A stretch of 62,317 bases of DNA, the filler included, from Gemmatimonadota bacterium (GTDB lineage: Bacteria; 4572-55; J002): assembly GCA_003697105.1 (NCBI GenBank). It is 4 parts of 4 records of this genome, joined end to end, with 100 filler letters (N's around TTAATTAATTAA, not from the genome) between each part and the next. Parts side by side here need not be neighbours in the genome. Positions count along the whole stretch, not along the records: positions 1 to 28,520 come from RFFQ01000064.1; 3 more parts are not named here. The stretch is one strand, 5' to 3'. Positions 1 through 11,000 of the stretch are shown here, in pieces (the stretch's first letter is position 1; each line of letters opens with the position of its first letter). A program made the position numbers and the translations under genes. Under the pieces are notes generated by a model. The model saw nothing but the letters and a program-made list of their open reading frames with translations. It made no database searches and was not told the DNA's origin.

Positions 1-88
1 AAGTCAATCATGCTATAATGTAAAGAGAATATCAGGTCACCTCAAATTTTGGCGAAGGTATTGATAACTAGTTGTAAATAAAATTCTT

Positions 89-144
89 AACTTTGAACTC
101 CAAACTTCGAACTCTCAACTTTGAACTCCAAACTTTGAACTCCA
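89..144. repeat. Tandem heptamer array, 8 units AACTNNN (alternating AACTTTG/AACTCCA)
   Basis: aactttg aactcca aacttcg aactctc aactttg aactcca aactttg aactcca, ending directly at the ATG at 145. Confidence 0.9.
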
Positions 145-1251
145 ATGAGACTTTTAGCAATTATCAAAAAGGAATTTCGGCAAATTTGGCGGGATAAGCG
201 ATCTTTAGCGGTGCTGCTAGTGATCCCCTCTGTTCTGCTTATGCTTTTTGGCTATGCTCTGAATTTTGACGTGAAGCATCTGAAATTAGCGGTATATGAT
301 GCCGATAAGAGCGCCGAAAGCCGTAAACTGATCCAGACGTTCATAAATTCCGAATATTTTGATCTGGTATATAACTTGGAGAATCCCAACGAGATAGACC
401 ATCTCATGGGGCAAGAACGTATTCAATTAGCGCTCGTCATTCCGGCGGATTTTTCCGGGCGCATCTTGCGCGGGGAGGTGGCTAGGGTCCAGACGATCAT
501 AGATGGGGCAAATTCCAATACGGCAACCACGGCGGCGGGTTATGTGGATGCCGCCATCCAATTTTATGGAGAACGGATTCAACTGAAAATGCTCCGGCAA
601 GCCGACCCACTGCTCCACTTTCAACCGCGCATTTGGTTCAATCCAGAATTAAAAAGTGTTAAATTTTTAGTACCCGGCTTAATCGCCCTTATTTTGATGA
701 TCACCACCGTTATTTCTACGGCGCTGTCGATTGTTCGGGAGAAGGAGCGCAACACCATGGAACAGATCGTTGTTTCCCCGCTGAAACCGGTTGAGCTAAT
801 TTTGGGTAAAACGATCCCGTATGTTCTCATTTCGTTCCTTGCCGCGATGATTATCTTAGGAGTGGGCTATGTTCTGTTTGATGTGACCGTCCAGGGAAGC
901 TATGTGTTGTTATTTGTTGCTACATTGATCTTTATTTTTGCGGGACTGGGCTGGGGGTTGTTTATTTCCACTATTGCGGATTCCCAACAAGTGGCGTTCA
1001 TGATTGCCACCATTACGACGCTCCTGCCGACATTTGTGCTTTCGGGATTTGTCTTCCCGATCCGTAACATGCCTGCCATCGTCCAAGCGGTGACTTACGT
1101 TGTACCGGCGCGTTATTATCTGGTTGCCTTGCGTGATATTATGCTCAAAGGGGTCGGATTAGCCAGCTTTGGGGAGCAACTGGTGTTTTTAGCTCTTTTT
1201 GCGGGAATCACCCTTGCCATTAGCTCTAAAAAACTCAGTTCCACGTTTTGA
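145..1251 (+). CDS. ABC-2 type exporter permease (YbhS-like)
   Basis: N-terminal TM, periplasmic loop, C-terminal multi-TM region; motifs KEFRQIWRD, WFNPEL, SIVREKERNTMEQ, LSGFVFPI. Confidence 0.92.
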   Translation: MRLLAIIKKEFRQIWRDKRSLAVLLVIPSVLLMLFGYALNFDVKHLKLAVYDADKSAESRKLIQTFINSEYFDLVYNLENPNEIDHLMGQERIQLALVIPADFSGRILRGEVARVQTIIDGANSNTATTAAGYVDAAIQFYGERIQLKMLRQADPLLHFQPRIWFNPELKSVKFLVPGLIALILMITTVISTALSIVREKERNTMEQIVVSPLKPVELILGKTIPYVLISFLAAMIILGVGYVLFDVTVQGSYVLLFVATLIFIFAGLGWGLFISTIADSQQVAFMIATITTLLPTFVLSGFVFPIRNMPAIVQAVTYVVPARYYLVALRDIMLKGVGLASFGEQLVFLALFAGITLAISSKKLSSTF

Positions 1252-1269
1252 ACAAAACGAATTCCGAAG

Positions 1270-1297
1270 ACCCTAATCCCTAACCCCTGATCCCTAA
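1270..1297. repeat. Tandem heptamer run, 4 units (TCCCTAA-like)
   Basis: accctaa tccctaa cccctga tccctaa, 6 bp upstream of the ATG at 1304. Confidence 0.7.
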
Positions 1298-1303
1298 AAA
1301 ACC

Positions 1304-2437
1304 ATGAAACTCTTAGCGATCATCATCAAGGAATTTCACCAGCTCAAACGAGACCACAAAATGAAGCCGGTGCTGTTTGTTGCACCGATTTTTCAGTTGA
1401 TTTTGCTCGGTTATGCGGCAAATTTAGATGTCCATCATCTGCCGTTGCTGGTCTGTGACCGGGATCATTCTACGGAAAGCCGTGCCTTGATTCGTGACTT
1501 TATTGCGACGGATTATTTCCGGTTGGTGGCGTATGTGGACGAGGTGCAAGCGATACACGAACCGCTTGACCGGGGGGAAGCGGCGCTGGCGCTGGTTATT
1601 CCCCGTGGATTTGGAAATGACCTGCTGGCAGGACGCCCCGCCCCGTTGCAGATCATCGCCGATGGTGCAGATGCCAACTCCGCCGGTATTGGGCTGAGCT
1701 ATGCCTCGCAAATTGTAGGGCGGTTCTCACAACAAATCGCCCTAGAACGCCGGCAACCGGTGCGCGATGGGACGGGTGAAATCCGCTTGGCGCCCGTGCA
1801 GGCGGAAACCCGCATCTGGTACAACCCGGAACTGAAAAGCCGAAAGTTTATGGTGCCCGGTGTGCTGGCACTGCTGCTGATGGTCATCACCACAATTTTG
1901 ACCTCCCTCGCTATTGTGAAGGAGAAAGAAACCGGGACGATGGAGCAACTGATTGTTACCCCAATCCGAGCGTACCAGTTGTTACTGGGTAAATTGATCC
2001 CCTTCACCCTGATCGGCTTTATCGATGTAGTGCTGGTCCTGCTGGTAACGACCTTCTGGTTTGGGGTGCCGGTCAAAGGTAGTGTACCTTTACTGTTTGG
2101 CTTAACCGGTGTTTTCCTGCTGACCACCCTGGGCTTGGGACTGTTTGTCTCCACCATCTCTCGCTCCCAACAGCAGGCGATGATGACCGCCTTCTTTTTT
2201 GTTATGCTCCCGATGGTCTTCCTCTCCGGCTTTGTCTTCCCTATCGAAAATATGCCGCCCCTCATCCAGCACCTGACATATCTCATCCCTTTACGCTACT
2301 TTTTTGTCATTATTCGCGGCTTGTTCCTTAAAGGGGTGGGTATGGCGGAGTTGTGGGATGAAACCCTCGCTCTTTTCATTTTGGGGATTGTGATCTTAGG
2401 CTTAAGTGCCTTACGCTTCCAAAAACGGCTCGGGTAA
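1304..2437 (+). CDS. ABC-2 type exporter permease (YbhR-like)
   Basis: Paralog of the preceding gene: WYNPEL, AIVKEKETGTMEQL, LSGFVFPIENMP. Confidence 0.92.
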   Translation: MKLLAIIIKEFHQLKRDHKMKPVLFVAPIFQLILLGYAANLDVHHLPLLVCDRDHSTESRALIRDFIATDYFRLVAYVDEVQAIHEPLDRGEAALALVIPRGFGNDLLAGRPAPLQIIADGADANSAGIGLSYASQIVGRFSQQIALERRQPVRDGTGEIRLAPVQAETRIWYNPELKSRKFMVPGVLALLLMVITTILTSLAIVKEKETGTMEQLIVTPIRAYQLLLGKLIPFTLIGFIDVVLVLLVTTFWFGVPVKGSVPLLFGLTGVFLLTTLGLGLFVSTISRSQQQAMMTAFFFVMLPMVFLSGFVFPIENMPPLIQHLTYLIPLRYFFVIIRGLFLKGVGMAELWDETLALFILGIVILGLSALRFQKRLG

Positions 2438-3226
2438 CATTTCTACGGCATCTCCCACGCTGATGTATCCTTCGCCTTCGTGGATCAGGTTCATCCCAAA
2501 GTATATTTTTCCGTTCCGGCGGCGGTACGTTGCCAATGTTTTCAGGGGTTCTTTGCCGTGTGTGCCGGTTTGGGGGTTCACGGTAGTGATGCGGCAACGG
2601 GCGCAGGGTTTGACTGCCTGAAACGGGATGCCGTTGATGTGAAGCCGGCGCCACTGGTCTTCGGCAAAGGGTTCGCTACCGCTCACTACCAGATTGGGGC
2701 GAAAGCGGCTCATCGGTACGGGTGTGGTAAGGCGCGCGTTCAGGTCTGCCAAAGAGGCGCTGGAAATCAGCAAAAAGGGGTAGCCGTCGGCAAAACTAAC
2801 GATGTTTTGCGGGTTTAGGGCATATTCCGGATCGACCCTCCGGCGGGTTTCATCCGGCATATACACCAAGCGGCATTCGGTGCGCAGGAAGGCACTCAAC
2901 CAGCGGTCTGCCTCTGGAGAGACAGGTACTGCTTGGCAGGTGCTCTCCCAAATGCGGACAGTTTCGGTGGCAGGGGCACTCTGGCGTAAGGGCAGATGTA
3001 ATGGGGATTGGTGGGGAGCGGTCAAAATCAATTCGGTGGCGGTGATCTCCGGTTGAATCTGTGCCAAGCGAGGTGATTTTTCCTGTGTGAGGAACATACC
3101 GCTGGGGTCGATCAGCATCCAGCGGCGGTCATACTGCAAACCGCGATCCGTGACGACTGCCCGGTTGGGGCGAATAGCCCCCATGGATTTGACGGGATAA
3201 ATGTAGATTTCTGAGAGAAACATCAT
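2411..3226 (-). CDS. MOSC domain protein (YcbX/mARC-like molybdoenzyme)
   Basis: IYPVKS, DRRWML, SFADGYPFL, RFRPN, KPCARC motifs; GGAGG SD before ATG 3226, which overlaps the upstream stop; 3' end overlaps the convergent permease. Confidence 0.9.
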   Translation of the reverse strand: MMFLSEIYIYPVKSMGAIRPNRAVVTDRGLQYDRRWMLIDPSGMFLTQEKSPRLAQIQPEITATELILTAPHQSPLHLPLRQSAPATETVRIWESTCQAVPVSPEADRWLSAFLRTECRLVYMPDETRRRVDPEYALNPQNIVSFADGYPFLLISSASLADLNARLTTPVPMSRFRPNLVVSGSEPFAEDQWRRLHINGIPFQAVKPCARCRITTVNPQTGTHGKEPLKTLATYRRRNGKIYFGMNLIHEGEGYISVGDAVEMLPEPFLEA

Positions 3227-5373
3227 GAATAGACCTCCGAAAGGTGGCAAAGTGTTGCTGGTACGGTTAATTTAACTGCGGTGAATTGTTCCGGTTGGCT
3301 TTCGACGAACAACGCGCCGCCGATAACCGCCATCATCGTGCTGTGCAGTGCCAAGCCTTGACCGGTGTGGGGCGTGGTGTGCTCATTTAAGACCCCGACA
3401 CCGGTATCCTGAATCTCGATTTCCAGTTGGTCGGTGAGTTGCGCCCGGATGCGCAAGGACAACGGGCGGGCGGGTTGGTCTCCCCGCCCATGATGGGCGG
3501 CATTACGGATAGCTTCGCGGGCGGCGTAAAACACCACTTCGGCAATGAGCGGGGGTAAAGTGGATAGGGTTTTTTCCAACTGGGGGTCGATCTCCCATTT
3601 GACGGTATCAAACGCCTGAGGCACCTCTGTGCTTACCATCCGCCGTAAGGCTGGAATCAAGCCGATTTTTTGCAACTGGGAGGGTTTCGATGCCGGCATT
3701 TTTCGGAGTAAATTGGCGATCTGGCGATGTGCTCCGGTCAGCAGTTCCATGAGCTCTGGCTGAGCATGTTCGCTATACTGCAATATGGCGGTGTGGAGTA
3801 TGGGGAGTATTTCATCATGGAGGACGCGCTGTGCCTGCTGGTCAAGCACCTGACTTTCCACTAGGCGTTGGCGTTGTAACTCCATCAGTCGCCGGGCGAG
3901 TTCTGCACTGGCACGCGTGTCGATCAGCCGTTCGCCACTGGCGCGGGCAATTTCGATCTCTTCTTGAGTGTACAGGCTTTCGCTTTTTTTCTCGCCGAGG
4001 AGCAACACGCCGATCAAGCCGCGTTCACTCCAGAGGGGGACTGCCCACACCGCCCCGTTATGGTGTGCTGGGTTGACCGGCAGGCAGATGGTCTGGGAGG
4101 ACTGAAATTGAGTCACAATTTCATGAGAGACCACCGGAGCGCGGGCTTGATTCGCCGGATACACCAACGGCGCACCGACCAAGGGCGCCAACGAGCCTAA
4201 CGGGACTAAAAATGCCAGACGGGTGCCCAGCACCTCTTCGCAAAGGGCATAAAACGGGGTGATGATGTCCACCTCCGGGGGGGAGGCCGGCGGGCTTATC
4301 AGGAGCTGATCATACACCTTTTGGCTACTAACAAACGGGCGCAACTGCTCCATGAAGGCTTCCCGGTCGGTGTAGGAACGCCAACTGACCAAGGCGTAGA
4401 AGATCGTCATCAAAATGGTGGTGAGCAACACGCTGTAAATTGCGCGGAGGTCACTCGCGAGTGCCCAACCGATCAGCACCCCGTAACCTGCCGCCAGTAA
4501 AATTGCGTTGCGCCAATGCCGGAAAAAGCCGTGCCGCGGCAAAATCTTGCCCGTAAACACTTCGTACGAGATAATGGCTTTGCCCAAAAAGATAATCGCC
4601 ACTGCCACCAACGACGAAATCACCAAATCAAACAGATTTAGCCCCAGTACCAGTTGCAGGTTATCCGGTGGGGTTACCTTGGGGTTCAATGTGCGGGTGA
4701 GCCAGAGGATTGCCCATGAGACCAACACGCTGATCAACAATAAGATCAATGAAGCGGCAACCAACCACGGGCGCGTCCGTTGCCGGGCGAGATCACCCAT
4801 CATTTGGCGTGGCGCACCGGGCTTGCGCAGTACATCCAAGGAGAGGCTGGTACACAACACAATGTAAATCAAGTACGCTAAAAATCGCAGTGGCAGACCG
4901 TACACCGCCGATTTGATGAGTTGTTGGAATTTCAGGAAGGGGGAACCCTGCGCCAGCGGATTGATCAACATGGCAAAGGCAATAAACCCCATCACCAGCA
5001 TGACCGATGTCACGAGAACTCCCAAGCGGTGTCGCTGTTGGAGCTGGGTGTTGCCTTTTTCCCAAAAACCGGCATACCACAGGATCACCAAATACCAAGC
5101 GAACGGCAGGATAATCGCCGGAATCAGCCCGATGCGCCACCAAAAGTATAAGCCGCGTGTCAGTTGGGTAGGGTCGAGTCCGATAACGGCGGAATGGCTC
5201 ACAAAAAAAAATGCACCGATCAGCAAACCGCCCCCCGAGAGCCAAACCCCCCAAGTGCGCCGGTGCGCATTAAGGAGTACCGTCAATCCCAGCCAGAGAT
5301 GTAAAATTGTATTAAACAGCGAGAGCGACAAAATCGCCCATTGCAAGTAAAAGTGTATTGGATTCATAATCAA
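3223..5373 (-). CDS. Multi-TM sensor histidine kinase (TM region, GAF-like domain, HisKA_3-like LHDE box, HATPase)
   Basis: Many hydrophobic helices; VPLWSERGLIGVLLLG GAF-like strand; RVLHDEIL H-box; EAIRNAAHH, DTGVG, GQGL boxes. Confidence 0.85.
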   Translation of the reverse strand: MIMNPIHFYLQWAILSLSLFNTILHLWLGLTVLLNAHRRTWGVWLSGGGLLIGAFFFVSHSAVIGLDPTQLTRGLYFWWRIGLIPAIILPFAWYLVILWYAGFWEKGNTQLQQRHRLGVLVTSVMLVMGFIAFAMLINPLAQGSPFLKFQQLIKSAVYGLPLRFLAYLIYIVLCTSLSLDVLRKPGAPRQMMGDLARQRTRPWLVAASLILLLISVLVSWAILWLTRTLNPKVTPPDNLQLVLGLNLFDLVISSLVAVAIIFLGKAIISYEVFTGKILPRHGFFRHWRNAILLAAGYGVLIGWALASDLRAIYSVLLTTILMTIFYALVSWRSYTDREAFMEQLRPFVSSQKVYDQLLISPPASPPEVDIITPFYALCEEVLGTRLAFLVPLGSLAPLVGAPLVYPANQARAPVVSHEIVTQFQSSQTICLPVNPAHHNGAVWAVPLWSERGLIGVLLLGEKKSESLYTQEEIEIARASGERLIDTRASAELARRLMELQRQRLVESQVLDQQAQRVLHDEILPILHTAILQYSEHAQPELMELLTGAHRQIANLLRKMPASKPSQLQKIGLIPALRRMVSTEVPQAFDTVKWEIDPQLEKTLSTLPPLIAEVVFYAAREAIRNAAHHGRGDQPARPLSLRIRAQLTDQLEIEIQDTGVGVLNEHTTPHTGQGLALHSTMMAVIGGALFVESQPEQFTAVKLTVPATLCHLSEVYS

Positions 5374-5436
5374 AGAATGACCTCATATAATTAGCTCATC
5401 TCTGCCCGGTGGGATACATCCAAGGAGAGGACGTTT

Positions 5437-5509
5437 AATTTATGCCTTGCTATTGCTTTCGTCAATGTAGGATTTTCCGCTTGACTTTCGCGGAGCGTCT
5501 CTGTAACCT
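5437..5509. promoter_or_regulatory. Back-to-back sigma70 promoters for the kinase (-) and guaA (+)
   Basis: + strand TTGACT(5481)-17-TAACCT(5504); - strand TTGACG(5465)-17-TAAATT(5442). Confidence 0.6.
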
Positions 5510-5558
5510 TGCGGGCAAAATTCTTCTGTTTAGCTTTGTTTTTTAGGAGATTGGGCGA

Positions 5559-7103
5559 ATGTCACGCTTACACGAAACGATTTTAATTATTGATTTTGGC
5601 TCGCAGTACACCCAACTTATCGCGCGCCGGGTCCGCGAACTGGGTGTGTATTCTGAAATTCAGCCGTTTCATCACTTCGATCCGGCAAAACGGGATCGGG
5701 TTAAGGGGATCATCCTTTCCGGGGGTCCCAATTCGGTCTATGCGGCGGATGCACCCCGCTTAGATGCCCGTCTTTTGAAATTGGGTCTGCCCATTTTAGG
5801 GATTTGCTACGGTTTGCAATTGTTGGTTGACCTCAGTGGGGGCAAGGTGGAAGCCGCACCGGCACGAGAATACGGCAAGGCGGAACTGCGCCATATTGAG
5901 AATTCGATCTTATTCGATGATGTTCCGCAGGATTCTGTCGTCTGGATGAGCCACGGGGATAAGGTGACCGAATTACCACCCCATTTTGAAGTCATCGGTG
6001 AGACCGAAAATGCCGCTTATGCCGCTATCCACCATACGGAACTACCCTTTTATGGCATCCAATTTCACCCGGAAGTTACGCACACCCAGCATGGAAAATC
6101 TATTTTACATAATTTTTGTTTTAAGGTCTGCGGTTGTCAGGGGGATTGGGCGCCCTCGGCGTTCATTACGGAGACGATTCAAGCCATCCGGCAGCAGGTA
6201 GGTGACCGGCGCGTGCTATGCGGATTAAGTGGCGGGGTGGATTCTACCGTCACCGCGATTTTGCTCCACCGCGCGATTGGAGACCAGTTGCAATGTATCT
6301 TTGTGGATACCGGTTTGATGCGCCTCAACGAAGCGGCGGAGGTTGAAACCATGTTCCGCGACCATTTTCAGGTGAATTTGGATTGCGTTCATGCCGGTGA
6401 TCGCTTCTTCCGGGAATTAGCCGGCATCCATGACCCCGAACAAAAACGTAAAATTATTGGGCGATTGTTTATCGAGGTCTTTGAGGCGGAGGCGAAAAAA
6501 TTCGGTAATTTTGAATATCTGGCACAAGGAACCCTTTACCCAGATGTGATCGAAAGTGTTTCACCCAAAGGCGGTCCTTCTGCAACGATCAAATCCCACC
6601 ATAATGTGGGAGGATTGCCGGAAAAGCTTAATTTTAAGCTGATCGAACCCTTGCGGGAACTGTTCAAGGATGAAGTCCGGGCGGTGGGGCGCGAGTTGGG
6701 TATTCCGGCGCAGGTGCTGGGGCGGCATCCCTTTCCGGGTCCGGGCTTGGCGGTGCGCATTCTCGGCGAGATTACCCCAGAGCGGGTGCATATTTTACAG
6801 CAGGCGGATGCGATCTACATCGAGGAACTTCATAAAAATGATATTTATGATGAAATTTGGCAGGCGTTTGCGGTGTTACTGCCGGTCAAAACGGTCGGTG
6901 TGATGGGGGATGAGCGTACCTATGATAATGCTCTTGTTCTCCGGGCGGTTACCAGCTTGGATGGCATGACGGCAAATTGGTATCCCATGCCGTATGACGT
7001 ACTGGGACGGATTTCCAACCGCATTATTAATGAGGTCAAAGGGATTAACCGCGTGGCGTATGATGTTAGTTCCAAACCCCCGGCAACCATTGAATGGGAA
7101 TAA
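5559..7103 (+). CDS. guaA: GMP synthase (glutamine-hydrolysing)
   Basis: [39 protein letters not shown]-terminal KPPATIEWE. Confidence 0.99.
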   Translation: MSRLHETILIIDFGSQYTQLIARRVRELGVYSEIQPFHHFDPAKRDRVKGIILSGGPNSVYAADAPRLDARLLKLGLPILGICYGLQLLVDLSGGKVEAAPAREYGKAELRHIENSILFDDVPQDSVVWMSHGDKVTELPPHFEVIGETENAAYAAIHHTELPFYGIQFHPEVTHTQHGKSILHNFCFKVCGCQGDWAPSAFITETIQAIRQQVGDRRVLCGLSGGVDSTVTAILLHRAIGDQLQCIFVDTGLMRLNEAAEVETMFRDHFQVNLDCVHAGDRFFRELAGIHDPEQKRKIIGRLFIEVFEAEAKKFGNFEYLAQGTLYPDVIESVSPKGGPSATIKSHHNVGGLPEKLNFKLIEPLRELFKDEVRAVGRELGIPAQVLGRHPFPGPGLAVRILGEITPERVHILQQADAIYIEELHKNDIYDEIWQAFAVLLPVKTVGVMGDERTYDNALVLRAVTSLDGMTANWYPMPYDVLGRISNRIINEVKGINRVAYDVSSKPPATIEWE

Positions 7104-7347
7104 TCGAATTTACATAATTTCCCCCATTGCGCACATCATGTGCCCGTGACGGCTAAAACTGACATTGATTCTTTGATTTTAAGGTCAATATCATTCATAA
7201 CTAGCTGATAAATAGTCACTTAATTTTTTATCGGCTCTCTGTGGGTTGTATGATTCTTGCCCGTACAAATACCAACCGGGATGCTAAAAAGAGTGCCCCA
7301 ACTTCTTAAAAAACCAAAACATTGGGTAGAGAGAGTGCCAACGTCCT

Positions 7348-8052
7348 ATGGATCCACAAACCCAACAGGATTTAATCGAGTTCCTGACCCAACACATCAC
7401 CCCGGAGCGCCGGGCGCGGATTGACGAGGTGCTCACCTACCGCACACGGTACATTACGTTGGTGCTGGAGGATGTTTACCAGCCGCACAATGCCAGTGCG
7501 GTGCTTCGCTCCTGCGATTGTTTCGGTATTCAGGATGTGCATATCATTGAGAAACGGAACGCTTATAAGGTCAATACCGATGTGGCACTGGGAGCTTCCC
7601 AGTGGTTGACCCTTCATCGCTTCCGGCAAGAAGACCCCGCCGGAGGGGTTGATGCGACACAGCGATGCTTCAATCACTTGCGGGAAAAAGGCTATTATTT
7701 GATTGCCACGACCCCGCACACGGATCGCACTTTGGAGGAGGTGCCGCTTGACCAACCCCTAGCCTTGGTGCTCGGTACGGAATTGCTCGGACTTTCCAGC
7801 GTGGCGCTGGAACTGGCAGATGAGCGGGTCAAAATTCCGATGTACGGCTTTACGGAGAGTTTTAACATCTCGGTTAGTGCCGCGGTCATGCTGTACCATC
7901 TCATCCGGGAGTTGCACCACTCTGGGCGGGATTGGCACCTTTCTGAAGATGAGATGCAAGCCCTCCGGCTAGCATGGATCCGGAAATCCTTAAAGCGCAA
8001 AACGGAACCGTTGGAACGCCGCTTTTTTGAGACGTATGCCACCGGTAAATAA
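7348..8052 (+). CDS. trmH: SpoU/TrmH family tRNA (Gm18) methyltransferase
   Basis: PHNASAVLRSCDCFG, LGTELLG, IPMYGFTESFNISVSAA SPOUT motifs. Confidence 0.85.
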   Translation: MDPQTQQDLIEFLTQHITPERRARIDEVLTYRTRYITLVLEDVYQPHNASAVLRSCDCFGIQDVHIIEKRNAYKVNTDVALGASQWLTLHRFRQEDPAGGVDATQRCFNHLREKGYYLIATTPHTDRTLEEVPLDQPLALVLGTELLGLSSVALELADERVKIPMYGFTESFNISVSAAVMLYHLIRELHHSGRDWHLSEDEMQALRLAWIRKSLKRKTEPLERRFFETYATGK

Positions 8053-8072
8053 GGCATCACCGGTATCAAAAT

Positions 8073-11000
8073 TCAAAATCGGCGGATGGTGATCTGCCCG
8101 CTACTGGCTACAGAGCGTGTCGCCGGATTATACATCGCTTCTGCCGTAATGGGGGGGAGGGTAAACGTGCCGGGGTTGATCCCGCGCAACCCGTAATAAA
8201 ACGTTTTGGGCTGGCGGCGGATTAAATTTCCGAAAATAATCATCCGGTCATCACGGATATCCAGATGAGCCGTTTCAAACTGAGTTTTGGAATCGATCCA
8301 AGGGATATTTTGCCGGGATTGTAAGCGCGGGTTCTCGATCTGAAAACCAGCAGGCAACAGATCGACCACCGCTACATTATCCAGATTTTCGGCGAGGGCT
8401 TCCAGCGTAATCTTGCAGATAATCAAATCTCCAGATTGAAACTGCTGGTAATCCGCCCGGCTGCCGGCAGGGGTTAGATATTCCCGGCGCACCCGCAAAC
8501 CCGCATCTACTTCCGCTATGCCTGCATCCAGCGGCACTCCAAAGGCTTGCCAGTAAAAATAGCATGTGCCGGGTCCCTCATTTTGAATGGTGACCGTCTT
8601 CTGTGCCCAGTCCTGACCGGCTAAAAAGGTATCTTTTCCGCCAAAGGTTTGGTAAAGGGTGTCACCGACCCGCACCGACCCCCGGTAGTCGGTGGACGGT
8701 TGTTTGTGGAAAACCTTCCCCAGTGCCAGATAGCTGTAAGCGGCATCCTGAGTGGTGTAATCCCAACCGTGTTGCTGGCGGAGTGTTTGCGATAACTCTT
8801 CTACCAAGCGGGGCACGCTGGCGTGATCGGGTTGGGAATCTGCCAAAACCGCCAACATGATGGCTTTTGCCCGCATTGGGGAGTAAAAGTTTTCTCCGGT
8901 TTGCCGCTGGTTGAGTTCCGGTGGGCGGACGGTTTTCGGTAGTAGTTCCAGTGCCGAGGTTTGATCCCCTGCCACGGCGAATGCCCCTGCCAACAGATAT
9001 TGCCCTTCATCACCCATTTGATCCAGCCGGTTGTTTTTCAGATAGTACATCACACTTTTTTCTGGCTGTCCCGCTTTTGCCAGTACATAGCAAGCGTAGG
9101 CGGTTTGGTTGATCGCCCAGCGGGTATCTCCGGTGTTCAGGGTTATATCACGCAACCCGCGCAACATCTGCCGGTACACTCGCTCATTTACATGATAGCC
9201 GTTTAAACGGGCTTCTACCAAAAAATGAGCGGCGTAGATACTGCTCCACGTATGGCTTTCCGAGCCACCGGGCCAATACATGAACTGCCCGGAAGGTAGG
9301 AGCATACTTTCCAGCTTTTTAATGCCCTCGTTCAGGTAATAATCCGCACTGTTTTTTTGGAAGAGGTCTGGATCGACCACCCGCGCAACCGCATCAAAAT
9401 AGAGGAGGGGAAACACTTGGGAAGTCGTCTGTTCCAAACAACCGTGCGGGTAGTGGAGCAAGTAGCTCAAGCCGGGACCCAACTCCAGCGCCGGCAGTGG
9501 GGAGATTGTTAATTTGTACTCGGCGGTGCCGGGCATGAAATTTACCGTTTGTGGAAAATCAAATGTTTGAGTTTTTCCCCCGGTGACCGCACCACTACCG
9601 GTGATCGTAATGGGCGGGTTGCTGGGGCGGAGGGGTACGTCTTCCATTACGCGCGTCTGGTTGCCATTGCCGGATGCCGTCAGGGTGACGGTGACGGTGC
9701 CGATCTGATTTCCAGCGGTGACCGGAAAGCGCACCACCCCTTCGGCTTGGTCCTCCAAAGTGATCTGCTGCGTGGCTTGCGAAATGTCCACCGCACCGGT
9801 GGCGGTCAATTGAACTGTAAATCGACCCGTTTTGCCGGTACCATTAAACAAGCTGACCGGAATTTCAAATTGATCTCCACTGGCGATAAAGAGGGGAATT
9901 GTCGGTGTCAACACAATCGGGTCCCGCACGATCACTTGCTTTTCCGCCGACCCAAATTTTTGATCGACTGCTGCCACCGCCATCAGGCGCAACCTGCCGT
10001 TGAACTGGGGTACGGCAAGCTTAATTTTGCCGTTGCCGGCGCCATCCGTTAGCACCATACCCGACCAAAGCGCCACGGGGCGGATGCGTTGGACGGAGAC
10101 CGGATTCAACCGCTTTTTCCGGTAAGCGGCATCTCCAGAAGGGGATAGGAGTACCTCCGCTCCTTCCACTTCGGGCAAAATTAACCCATACAGATCGTAG
10201 GTCTGGACTTCCAGCCGTTTTTTACCGTAAAAATGTCCAAATGGGTCGGGGGTACGGAATCCCGTCAGTTGGCAAATGCCTTCATCCACGGCGGCTAACG
10301 TCATCTGTACCGGTTTGCCGGCGTTGCCATGCACGCTCACATCAATTGAAAGGGTTTGGTGCGGTTTGATGACCTCCGGCGTGTTCAGGTCGATATCCAG
10401 TTGGTGTTCCCGAGAATCGACTTGCAACGGGACGACGCCAAATGCCCGGACAGGGGCGTATTTTTCCAGATTACCGGTAGAGCGAATCAGCGTTGCCGAT
10501 ACATATACATTGGGTTGGAAGGATGCTTCCACCGGAATTGATAGGGTTGCCGTATTTTCCGGCATGTCCAGTACTTGGCTGGAAAGAATGCGATCCCGTT
10601 CGACTGTGATTAGCAATTTCCCCTGCTGAAACGGTGCTTTTACTTGAATGGTTGCCGTTTCTCCGACCCGATAGTGCTCCTTTTCCACATCCAGCTCGAG
10701 CCGGTCGGGATGCTCCATTGACCACGGTGACCAACCCCAACCGGCGGCGTAGAACGCAATTGCGGCACGGTGCCCGGAAGCCGGATCGGTCACTTCAACC
10801 CGGTACTGCCCGTATTCGTGGGGTGTAAAACGGATGTGCTGAATATCGCCGGAAGAGGTTATCTGGTCCTGTTTGACCACATGTTCTTGCTTCTCCGAAA
10901 CATACCGTGTGCGTCCGTTGGATTGTTGGCGCAACACACTCTGCCAGTAGATGCGCGAAATGGAAATCGATACGGTGTGCCCTGCCACCGGTTGCCCTTG

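Noticed and set aside
62-80. Recurring TAACT-N-rich motifs in intergenic DNA (also near 7197, 50200 and 54226), possibly IHF sites
   Set aside because: Too degenerate in AT-rich DNA to call without a matrix scan
5374-5558. Purine riboswitch upstream of guaA
   Set aside because: No aptamer core; the space is taken by two divergent promoters and the leader is too short
7288-7342. CIRCE-like GAGTGCC half-sites (also AGCACTC...GAGTGCT at 50945-50969)
   Set aside because: The first lacks the left arm; the second has an 11-nt rather than 9-nt spacer and is a terminator between convergent genes
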